DNA of 64,000 nucleotides from Macrostomum lignano (Eukaryota): positions 44,319 to 108,318 of the forward strand of contig NIVC01000154.1 in NCBI GenBank assembly GCA_002269645.1, read 5' to 3'. This document shows positions 50,144-61,100 of this stretch, piece by piece; position 1 is the stretch's first letter, and the number at the start of each line of letters is the position of its first letter. Under the pieces are notes generated by a model. That model worked only from the letters and a program-made list of their open reading frames with translations, was not told where the DNA came from and made no database searches. A program made the position numbers and the translations under genes.

Positions 50144-50248
50144 CTCGAGCTGCACACCCTCGCGCTCGTAAAAGTTGGCCATGTAGGCGGCCTTATCCTC
50201 ATCGGACATGGAGGAGGAACCGCCAGACTCTTCCTTGAGCAGTGTGTC
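50144..50248 (-). pseudogene. Fragment of protein-primed family B DNA polymerase (Polinton/Maverick/adintovirus-like)
   Basis: DTLLKEESGGSSSMSDEDKAAYMANFYEREGVQLE resembles the recalled metazoan pPolB segment TFLKxKQEASG...EDKxxYIxxYYEREGIxL that precedes KNPG..AKLxLNSxWGKF. Confidence 0.5.
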
Positions 50249-50342
50249 GGCGTCCGTGCGCACACTTTTGCTACACAGAGTCCCATGCCGACCCATTGTG
50301 CGCGATAGCAATGGTCCCTTTTGTAAAAACCGCTAGTTTAAA

Positions 50343-50555
50343 GGCAGGGAGAGAGGCAGGGAGAGAGGCAGGGAGAGAGGCAGGGAGAGAGGCAGGGAGA
50401 GAGGCAGGGAGAGAGGCAGGGAGAGAGGCAGGGAGAGAGGCAGGGAGAGAGGCAGGGAGAGAGGCAGGGAGAGAGGCAGAGGAGAGAGGCAGGGAGAGAG
50501 GCAGGGAGAGAGGCAGGGAGAGAGGCAGGGAGAGAGGCAGGGAGAGAGGCAGAGG
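50343..50555. repeat. 12-bp purine repeat (GGCAGGGAGAGA)n
   Basis: Direct observation. Confidence 0.96.
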
Positions 50556-51116
50556 AGAGATGCAGGCTGGGGCACCAGCCAAAGGGAGGGGCCCGGCTAT
50601 TATCAATACTGGTCGGACACCCACCTTGCCTCCAGCATGTATTAAGTACTGTACGACTGAATATATCTCTTCAGAAGTGTGCAGTTGGTCAATCCAAAAC
50701 CCCACGAAAGCTCAAGTTGAAAGCCTGAAAGAAATCTCTTCCATTCATTGCCTTGAGTACAGTGAAACCTGAGAACTCACAAAAACGGTTTGGAAAGAGG
50801 GGGTGAGAGAAAAATGAATGTACATGTACTGCTCATGAGACGCCTGTGCGCACAACGCCTTCCATGCTTTTTACCATGCGATAGCAGCAAACTGTGCACA
50901 CTGCTTTCTCATTTCTGTCCCCCGCTACTGCTTCGGTACAAAAAGAGCCAGCTTGGAAAAGACAAAATTTTATAAATTCTTGCGCACCACTGACGGGACT
51001 CCTGCGGATAGCCCCCCCCCCCCAACGAACGTTCGTTGGAGAGCCCACCCAACGAACTGGTCGTTGCTACGTAGTCCTGTACCGGAATCTACAGAATTCG
51101 ATAAGCTGCCGTGGTC

Positions 51117-54100
51117 ATGCGACCCGCTCGAAATGAGCGAGACAACCTGGAGAGAGACATGAAGGACAGGATGACACAAATGCGGCTGAGGCTGCTGGAG
51201 GAGGTGAGGTCGGGAGTTGAAGATGCTGAGCACAGACAGTATTAAGCTGAGTACAGACAGTATTAAGCTGAGTACAGACAGTATTAAGCTGAGTACAGAC
51301 AGTATTAAGCTGAGTACAGACAGTATTGAGCTGAGTACAGACAGTATTGAGCTGAGTACAGACATTATTGAGCTGAGTACAGACAGTATTGAGCTGAGTA
51401 CAGACAGTATTGAGCTGAGTACAGACATTATTGAGCTGAGTACAGACAGTATTGAGCTGAGTACAGACAGTATTAAGCTGAGTACAGACAGTATTAAGCT
51501 GAGTACAGACAAAACTCGCACACAACCGCAGAAACTGGAAGCTGAGCGGCGGCAGAGCGCGGCATCGCCGGGAGCAGCTTCGGGCGACTCCGAGCGTCAG
51601 CTGGAGGCGGCGCGGTCTCGTCAGGCTGAGCTCCGAGACCTGCTGGATCGCGAGCGTCAGCTGTCCGAAAGGCTACGGCGCCAGGAGCTGCGGCCACCGA
51701 GGCAGCAACGACGGGACAGCGGAGACGGTGGCAGCCCGAGGCACCGACGGCGAGGAGATGAAGGGCGGGGAGGTGAGAGTTTGAGAGAGATTCAATCAGG
51801 AGATTTAAAATCCCTTGTTCAAAGCCCCATGCTGAGACAGCAAGGTTGAAGATTATTTTAGCGAATTTAGTCAGTCTTAGTGTCTGTTAGTGTCTTTCTT
51901 AGTGTCTGTCTTAGTGTCTGTTAGTGTCTGTTAGTGACTTTCTTAGTGTCTGTCTTAGTGTCTGTTAGTGTCTGTTAGTGTCTTTCTTAGTGTCTGTTAG
52001 TGTCTTTCCTAGTGTCTGTTAGTGTCTTTCTTAGTGTCTGTTAGTGTCTTTCTTAGTGTCTGTCTTAGTGTCTGTTAGTGTCTGTTAGTGTCTTTCTTAG
52101 TGTCTGTCTTAGTGTCTGTTAGTGTCTGTTAGTGTCTTTCTTAGTGTCTGTTAGTGTCTGTTAGTGTCTGTTAGTGTCTTTCTTAGTGTCTGTTAGTGTC
52201 TTTCTTAGTGTCTGTCTTAGTGTCTGTTAGTGTCTTTCTTAGTGTCTGTTAGTGTCTTTCTTAGTGTCTGTTAGTGTCTGTTAGTGTCTTTCTTAGTGTC
52301 TGTTAGTGTCTTTCAGTGTCTTTTTTAGTGTCTGTCTTAGTGTCTGTTAGTGTCTGTCTTAGTGTCTGTCTCAGTGTCTGTCTTAGTGTCTGTCTCAGTG
52401 TCTGTCTTAGTGTCTGTCTTAGTGTCTGTCTTAGTGTCTGTCTTAGTGTCTTTCTTAGTGTCTGTCTTAGTGTCTGTCTTAGTGTCTATCTCAGAGTCTG
52501 TCTCAGTGTCTGAGTTTCTGGCTTACTACTCGTATCTTTAGTATCTGTCCTAATAACTGTCTTAGTGCCATCGTAATCATCCTGCAAGTTTGAAACTCTG
52601 AAATAATATTACATCGCTATATACATACGGATTTGTTTCACTATCTTCATGAGACGAGTCTAAAACTCCAATTATACTACTTACTCGTATCAGTATCGTT
52701 AACAATCGGTAACACTATCTCACCTAAATACACATGTACAACAAATAGGCAAAATGTCTCGCAATGCACTACATACTAGCAGTAGTATTAATTAGCAGCT
52801 CGCATGCCCTTACTAAAAATGAACCATATTAAATTTAATTTTCCCTTGTCATCGATTTCTTTTTCAAAGATCGCTTCTCCAACATGATGGAGATGATGAT
52901 GATGCAGAACTCCCAGATGCACAATCTGATGCTCAACCAGATGATGGCGCGGAATACAGCGGAGCTGCAGAAGCCGCCGCCCCCGCCGCCACCTCCGCCG
53001 CCGCCGCCGCAGCCAATGTTCATGCCGATGCCAGGGTTTGAGTCTTTCATGCAGCAGCAGCAGCAGCGGCCACCGGGGACGCCTTCACGGTCGGATAGAG
53101 ATCAGCCGAAAAAGTAAGTTGCTCAGCTAAAATGCCTCTGCTGTGGTGGTGTCAATGGCTGCATCAGAAGTGACTTTCAGGGCTGGCTGACATCCCTGCC
53201 TGATCCTCAGTTGCTGTACCAACCTCCCAGATCCTCAGCTGCTGGGCCAGCCTCCCAGATCCTCAGTTGCTAGGCCAGCCTCCCAGATCCTCAGCTGCTG
53301 GGCCAGCCTCCCAGATCCTCAGTTGCTGGGCCAGCCTCCCAGATCCTCAGTTGCTGGGCCAACCTCCCAGATCCTCAGTTGCTGGGTCAGCCTCCCAGAT
53401 CCTCAGTTGCTGGGCCAGCCTCCCAGATCCTCAGTTACTGGGCCAGCCTCCCAGATCCTCAGTTACTGGGCCAGCCTCCCAGATCCTCAGTTGCTGGGCC
53501 AGCCTCCCAGAGCATCAGTTACTAGGCCAGCCTCCCAGATCCTCAGTTACTGGGCCAGCCTCCCAGATCCTCAGTTGCTGGGCCAACCTCTCAGATCCTC
53601 AGTTGCTGGGCCAGCCTCCCAGAGCATCAGTTACTGGGCCAGCCTCCCAGATCATCAGTTGGTTTTTATTCATAAACTTCAGCAACCAAGATAAATGAGG
53701 TGGAGGAATATCAGAAATTTTTCGAAGAAGATTTCACCGCAGACATTCTGCATAAATAAGCTTGACGAAGCAATTCTTTTTTCTTTGAAAAATTTCCTTG
53801 AAAAATCTATAGACCGGCTGATGCCACACCAAAGCCTGCGACACCAGCAAAGGAGTCACCGAAAGGGGCTGCGAAGGGTAAGCTATTTAAAGTCAATAAA
53901 GGTTTTTATAGATGCGGGGATTTTCACAGTGGCGTATGTCCTATCGCAATCGCGCCAATAAAAATAACGCTCCGCCAAAAATTGACGTCAGGAGCTCAAG
54001 TTTTGCCACCTCTTGGGCGTGATATCCACAAGGCCTAGGAGACAGGGGCGAACACAAAGAGACAGGGGCGAACACAAAGAGACAGGGGCGCCCACCAAGA

Positions 54101-56648
54101 GACAGGGACGCTCACCAAGAGGCTGGGGGCGCCCACCAAGAGGCAGGGACGCTCACCAAGAGGCAGAGGGCACTCACCAAGAGGCAGGGACGCTCACCAA
54201 GAGGCAGGGACGCTCACCAAGAGGCAGAGGGCACTCACCAAGAGGCAGGGACGCTCACCAAGAGGCAGGGGGCACTCACCAAGAGGCAGGGACGCTCACC
54301 AAGAGGCAGGGGGCACCTAGCAAGAGACAGGGGCGTCCATCAATAGACAGAGGCACCCACCAAGAGACGAAGGGGCAATACCTCAAAATTTCTTGAGAAT
54401 CCTATCGATCATTACAGCGGAGTCGGAGGATGAAGAGGAACAAGTCCCGTTTCCATTTCCTGGAAATAGTGAGTTATTTTTTTCAAATTCGTGCGCAAAA
54501 CCTACAATTAGATCTACATTGACTTCCGGCTGACAAATGGCGAATTTGACTTTGCAGAAAGCCAGCAGAAACTCAGGAGACTGGCCTACACAGCGTTCTT
54601 CCTGGCTTCCCTGAACCGTCTGACGAATGAGGTTGGAAAAATGTCTTTAATGAGATTTTGCATTTAAAATGATGTCAATTGGGTAATGCTTTTCTGCTTT
54701 AAAAATCTCGTGCATTCGATTTGCAGAACAAATTTCGACCCCGCTTCGATTTTCTATTCGACGTCCGCTTGAAAGAGATGCTGGAGACCCTGCATCGAAT
54801 CTACAAGACTCCGGATGGCCCCTTGTACAGCGTCACCTTTGCCACGGTGATGGGGGACGAAGCGATGGAACTGACTGAGCTGATGAATGTGCCGAAGACG
54901 CTGAGCAAAGATGAGGAACGAGTTGTAGCTCAGGAGTTGGCCTACTGTATCGAGAATACAGTGTTTCAAGTTACCGATATAATGGTATAATAGCCTGTAG
55001 TTGCTAAACACTCTACTGTCAGTAAAAATATCGACATTTACAGCCTATTTTTAGTTTACAACGCATAAACATTTCAGCCAACAAAAGGCATTCTTGGCAC
55101 TCATCGGAAGTCGGGAGTTTTCGAGATGATTCGTTCTGGCAATTTGTTTCCGAAGGGCTACTTCTATGATATGGAGAAAGTGAGTGATATGTCCACCAAG
55201 CCCCAACCAAGATACAGGGACACCTACTAATTAGGCAGGGACACCCACCAAGAGACACGGACACAAATCAAGAGACAGGGGTGCCCACCAAGAGACAGGG
55301 GTAACCCACCGAGAGACATGGACACCCACCAATAGACATCGGTAGGAACACCCACCAATAAAAGACAGGTGCATCCACCAAGAGACAGGGGCACCCACCA
55401 GAGACCATGAGACACAAAATCCTTCGGGTTGCTGTTTTAACTAATTAAAACCCTGCGTACAGCACTGACAAAAAGTTCAACGGTTTTCTCTAAACGGAGA
55501 TCGAAAGGGTTGAATTTTTGCATAGCCTTGAATAGGGATTTATCAAAGACAAACTCTAGAGGCCAAGATGTGGCCATTTTTTCTAAACTAATAAAGTTGC
55601 CGTTTTCTTCTACTGTAGTTTTTCATAATTCTAAGCCATGCAATTTATTTTTAACGGGTTTTAATACACCAATTATATTCTCGACCAATCAGAACGCGAT
55701 GGAATTTGACGACGAGGGCAGAACGAGCAGAGTGACCGACTGCAACGCCCGGATGCTGCTTATCGGCCTGTTTCTGATGCGAGCTCTGGTCGAAACGGTA
55801 GGCTAGATATCCCGCTTTACTACTCGCATTGTCTACTATAAGTAGTAAGGAAATTTAGAAATACTTCACAATTCGCTACAAAAACTATCCGCAGCTCTAC
55901 CTCAAGACTGAGCACTACGGCATGGTTGTGGAAACTACTCAGAAAGCGGAGCGCAACATTCGCCTGGTGTCAACTCTACTCACCTACATCTATCGCAAAG
56001 TTGTGGGTCAGCTGGTTGTTATGGACCAGGGCACCAAGAAGGCTCGTGTGTCCATTCCAGTGCGTGAGGGTGCAGAAAACCGGGGGTTACGGGTTACGGG
56101 AGTGAGGTGGGTACAGAAAATAAGGGGTAGCAGACGGGGAGTGAGGTGGGTGCAGAAAATAAGGGGTAGCAGACGGGGAGTGAGGTGGGTACAGAAAATA
56201 AGGGGTAGCAGACGGGGAGTGAGGTGGGTGCAGAAAATAAGGGGTAGCAGACGGGGAGTGAGGTGGATGCAGAAAATAAGGGGTAGCAGACTGGGAGTGA
56301 GGTGGGTGCAGAAAATAAGGGGTAACATACGGGGAGTGAGGTGGGTGGAGAAAATAAGGGGTAGAAGAAAGGGAGTGAGGTGGGTGCAAGCGCCAACCAA
56401 TCGGCGTGGAGCTGGACTGTACACATAAAGATGGTCTGAAAATACTAAAATCTAAATATACTAAATCTCTAATATTTGTATGCTAAAACCAGGACGTCCC
56501 AAGCGAGCTAAGCGGCGTAATGCACACAGACCAAGAGATCCGACCCGTGATAAGGGTGGTAAAGAAGAGCCTTGACTATGCCAACAATTTGCTCATGCAC
56601 TGGTCAGAGGAGTACGTCAAAAGACTGCGAGGCGCCGGTTTTACTTAA
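51117..56648 (+). CDS. C21orf58: C21orf58/DUF4587-like coiled-coil protein, 11 exons, about 515 aa; join(51117..51203, 51532..51772, 52870..53113, 53813..53877, 54418..54468, 54558..54631, 54727..54984, 55078..55179, 55693..55797, 55895..56059, 56493..56648)
   Basis: All junctions are GT-AG with consistent phases (1548 nt). RMTQMRLRLLEEKLEAER and MMEMMMMQNSQMHNLMLNQMM resemble the C21orf58 N-terminal and DUF4587 motifs. The 5' end is uncertain. Gene structure is more secure than identity. Confidence 0.72.
51220..51510. repeat. 21-bp minisatellite (GCTGAGTACAGACAGTATTAA)n, intron 1 of the DUF4587 gene
   Basis: About 14 tandem copies filling nearly the whole intron. Confidence 0.94.
51875..52560. 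repeat. 10-12-bp repeat (TTAGTGTCTG/TTAGTGTCTTTC)n
   Basis: Tandem periodicity in intron 2. Confidence 0.93.
53205..53660. repeat. 28-bp minisatellite (AGCCTCCCAGATCCTCAGTTGCTGGGCC)n
   Basis: Reverse complement of the MAU2 intron 6 unit. Confidence 0.93.
54030..54370. repeat. About 21-bp minisatellite (CAAGAGGCAGGGACGCTCAC)n; related array at 55200-55410
   Basis: Tandem periodicity in introns 4 and 8. Confidence 0.88.
56085..56390. repeat. 39-bp minisatellite (GGGAGTGAGGTGGGTGCAGAAAATAAGGGGTAGCAGACG)n
   Basis: About 8 tandem copies in intron 10. Confidence 0.93.
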
Positions 56649-57224
56649 ATAACAATTCGACTCAGTGACTTAACAATGATTTATATTGCTACTGACATGC
56701 ACGCTATGAAGTCAGTAGTAAGTTGCAGAACTGGACATTAAATAAATGATAACAATGTTGAAACTTGCAAAATTTTCTTTCCAAAACTGCATTCAAATAA
56801 CAACATTTGCACAAATGTAATTAATATGCTCCCTCAATCAGAATATGCAACGCGCTTGACTAATAGAATTTCTATTCTATAGAATTAATAGAATTTATAA
56901 AATTACAAACAACAACAATAAAAGTGACACAGCCGACACCAAAGATTGAAAAAAGAATAACATGAAAAAAATTAAAATTTTAATTGCAAATTTAGGAATC
57001 AAGTAAGCATTTTATGCGTCTCTCGTCTAGCAAGGAAGGAGTTTGGGAAGACGGAAGGCATGCACGAAGAACTGTGGAGGACAAAACTTTGCTGGAAACG
57101 TATTAGTGCATACTAAGTAGGCAGTAGTGTGCTACGCTAATTCAATGTCATTTTTGCGTAAATTTCTGAAAATAAATATTCAGGGTTACAAGCGATTTTT
57201 ATTGGCACATCTCATGAATGTGGT

Positions 57225-60200
57225 TAAGGGCTGACTCTCATGAGTGTGTTTAAGAACTGATTCTCATGAGTGTGTTTAAGAACCGATTCTCATGAGTGTG
57301 TTTAAGAACCGATTGTCATGAGTGTGTTTAAGAACTGATTCTCATGAGTGTGTTTAAGAATCGTTTCTCTTGAGTGTGTTTAAGAACCGATTCTCATGAG
57401 TGTGTTTAAGAACCGATTCTCATGAGTGTGTTTAAGAACCGATTCTCATGAGTGTGTTTAAGAACCGATTCTCATGAGTGTGTTTAAGAACTGATTCTCA
57501 TGAGTGTGTTTAAGAACTGATTCTCATGAGTGTGTTTAAGAACCGATTCTCATGAGTGTGTTTAAGAACTGATTCTTATGAGTGTGTTTAAGAACTGATT
57601 CTCATGAGTGTGTTTAAGAACCGATTCTCATGAGTGTGTTTAAGAACCGATTCTCATGAGTGTGTTTAAGAACCGATTCTCATGAGTGTGTTTAAGAACC
57701 GATTCTCATGAGTGTGTTTAAGAACTGATTCTCATGAGTGTGTTTAAGAACCGATTCTCATGAGTGTGTTTAAGAACCGATTCTCATGAGTGTGTTTAAG
57801 AATCGATTCTCATGAGTGTGTTTAAGAACTGATTCTCATGAGTGTGTTTAAGAACCGATTCTCATGAGTGTGTTTAAGAACCGATTCTCATGAGTGTGTT
57901 TAAGAACCGATTCTCATGAGTGTGTTTAAGAACTGATTCTCATGAGTGTGTTTAAGAACCGATTCTCATGAGTGTGTTTAAGAACTGATTCTCATGAGTG
58001 TGTTTAAGAACCGATTCTCATGAGTGTGTTTAAGAACTGATTCTTATGAGTGTGTTTAAGAACTGATTCTCATGAGTGTGTTTAAGAACCGATTCTCATG
58101 AGTGTGTTTAAGAACCGATTCTCATGAGTGTGTTTAAGAACCGATTCTCATGAGTGTGTTTAAGAACCGATTCTCATGAGTGTGTTTAAGAACTGATTCT
58201 CATGAGTGTGTTTAAGAACCGATTCTCATGAGTGTGTTTAAGAACCGATTCTCATGAGTGTGTTTAAGAATCGATTCTCATGAGTGTGTTTAAGAACTGA
58301 TTCTCATGAGTGTGTTTAAGAACCGATTCTCATGAGTGTGTTTAAGAACCGATTCTCATGAGTGTGTTTAAGAACCGATTCTCATGAGTGTGTTTAAGAA
58401 CCGATTCTCATGAGTGTGTTTAAGAACCGATTCTCATGAGTGTGTTTAAGAATCGATTCTCATGAGTGTGTTTAAGAACTGATTCTCATGAGTGTGTTTA
58501 AGAACCGATTCTCATGAGTGTGTTTAAGAACTGATTCTCATGAGTGTGTTTAAGAACCGATTCTCATGAGTGTGTTTAAGAACCGATTCTCATGAGTGTG
58601 TTTAAGAACCGATTCTCATGAGTGTGTTTAAGAATCGATTCTCATGAGTGTGTTTAAGAACTGATTCTCATGAGTGTGTTTAAGAACCGATTCTCATGAG
58701 TGTGTTTAAGAACCGATTCTCATGAGTGTGTTTAAGAACCGATTCTCATAAGTGTGTTTAAGAACCGATTCTCATGAGTGTGTTTAAGAACCGATTCTCA
58801 TGAGTGTGTTTAAGAACCGATTCTCATGAGTGTGTTTAAGAACTGATTCTCATGAGTGTGTTTAAGAACCGATTTTCATGAGTGTGTTTAAGAACCGATT
58901 CTCAAGTGTGTGTTTAAGAATCGATTCTCATGAGTGTGTTTAAGAACCGATTCTCATGAGTGTGTTTAAGAACCGATTCTCATGAGTGTGTTTAAGAACC
59001 GATTCTCATGAGTGTGTTTAAGAACGATTCTCATGAGTGTGTTTAAGAACCGATTCTCATGAGTGTGTTTAAGAACCGATTCTCATGAGTGTGTTTAAGA
59101 ACCGATTCTCATGAGTGTGTTTAAGAACTGATTCTCATGAGTGTGTTTAAGAACCGATTCTCATGAGTGTGTTTAAGAACCGATTCTCATGAGTGTGTTT
59201 AAGAATCGATTCTCATGAGTGTGTTTAAGAACTGATTCTCATGAGTGTGTTTAAGAACCGATTCTCATGAGTGTGTTTAAGAACCGATTCTCATGAGTGT
59301 GTTTAAGAACCGATTCTCATGAGTGTGTTTAAGAACTGATTCTCATGAGTGTGTTTAAGAACCGATTCTCATGAGTGTGTTTAAGAACCGATTCTCATGA
59401 GTGTGTTTAAGAACCGATTCTCATGAGTGTGTTTAAGAACCGATTCTCATGAGTGTGTTTAAGAACCGATTCTCATGAGTGTGTTTAAGAACGATTCTCA
59501 TGAGTGTGTTTAAGAACCGATTCTCATGAGTGTGTTTAAGAACCGATTCTCATGAGTGTGTTTAAGAACCGATTCTCATGAGTGTGTTTAAGAACCGATT
59601 CTCATGAGTGTGTTTAAGAACCGATTCTCATGAGTGTGTTTAAGAACCGATTCTCATGAGTGTGTTTAAGAACCGATTCTCATGAGTGTGTTTAAGAACC
59701 GATTCTCATGAGTGTGTTTAAGAATCGATTCTCATGAGTGTGTTTAAGAACCGATTCTCATGAGTGTGTTTAAGAACCGATTCTCATGAGTGTGTTTAAG
59801 AACTGATTCTCATGAGTGTGTTTAAGAACCGATTCTCATGAGTGTGTTTAAGAACCGATTCTCATGAGTGTGTTTAAGAACCGATTCTCATGAGTGTGTT
59901 TAAGAATCGATTCTCATGAGTGTGTTTAAGAACTGATTCTCATGAGTGTGTTTAAGAACGATTCTCATGAGTGTGTTTAAGAACCGATTCTCATGAGTGT
60001 GTTTAAGAACCGATTCTCATGAGTGTGTTTAAGAACCGATTCTCATGAGTGTGTTTAAGAACCGATTCTCATGAGTGTGTTTAAGAACCGATTCTCATGA
60101 GTGTGTTTAAGAACTGATTCTCATGAGTGTGTTTAAGAACCGATTCTCATGAGTGTGTTTAAGAACCGATTCTCATGAGTGTGTTTAAGAACCGATTCTC

Positions 60201-60760
60201 ATGAGTGTGTTTAAGAACCGATTCTCATGAGTGTGTTTAAGAACCGATTCTCATGAGTGTGTTTAAGAACCGATTGTCATGAGTGTGTTTAAGAACGATT
60301 CTCATGAGTGTGTTTAAGAACCGATTCTCATGAGTGTGTTTAAGAACCGATTCTCATGAGTGTGTTTAAGAACCGATTCTCATGAGTGTGTTTAAGAACT
60401 GATTCTCATGAGTGTGTTTAAGAACCGATTCTCATGAGTGTGTTTAAGAACCGATTCTCATGAGTGTGTTTAAGAATCGATTCTCATGAGTGTGTTTAAG
60501 AACCGATTCTCATGAGTGTGTTTAAGAACCGATTCTCATGAGTGTGTTTAAGAACCGATTCTCATGAGTGTGTTTAAGAACCGATTCTCATGAGTGTGTT
60601 TAAGAACTGATTCTCATGAGTGTGTTTAAGAACCGATTCTCATGAGTGTGTTTAAGAACCGATTCTCATGAGTGTGTTTAAGAACCGATTCTCATGAGTG
60701 TGTTTAAGAACCGATTCTCATGAGTGTGTTTAAGAACCGATTCTCATAAGTGTGTTTAAG
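57225..60760. repeat. 26-bp satellite (GATTCTCATGAGTGTGTTTAAGAACC)n, about 135 copies
   Basis: Highly homogeneous 3.5-kb array between two convergent genes. Confidence 0.98.
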
Positions 60761-61100
60761 GGCCGAATTTTGTTCTAGACTATCGAATGCAATAAAATTC
60801 GATTGAGTTGTTAGGAGAAAGGTTAGGGCTACAACACAGGGTCAGTAGTCATGGATAGAATTAATTTGAATAAAGATGAGCAAAGAAGAGCATAATTTTT
60901 ATCATAGGATAATCATAGGATCATAAAGCACAAGTCAAAACAAATTAACAAAAAGGTGCAAATAGCAGCGGGAAGACAGGCAGACAGACAGCGGGACAAA
61001 GACTACAAAAAACAGCCACAAAGACCAGCAAAGTTTAACAACAATTTGTGACCGAATTACCAGTCCAATACTTACTATATCATAGGAGTCAGAACAGTAA

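Noticed and set aside
51022-51039. Perfect 18-bp palindrome CCAACGAACGTTCGTTGG upstream of the DUF4587 gene
   Set aside because: Real but single; nothing ties it to a function or an element boundary.
57225-60760. CRISPR-like array
   Set aside because: Units are contiguous with no unique spacers, there are no cas genes, and the context is eukaryotic; it is a simple satellite.
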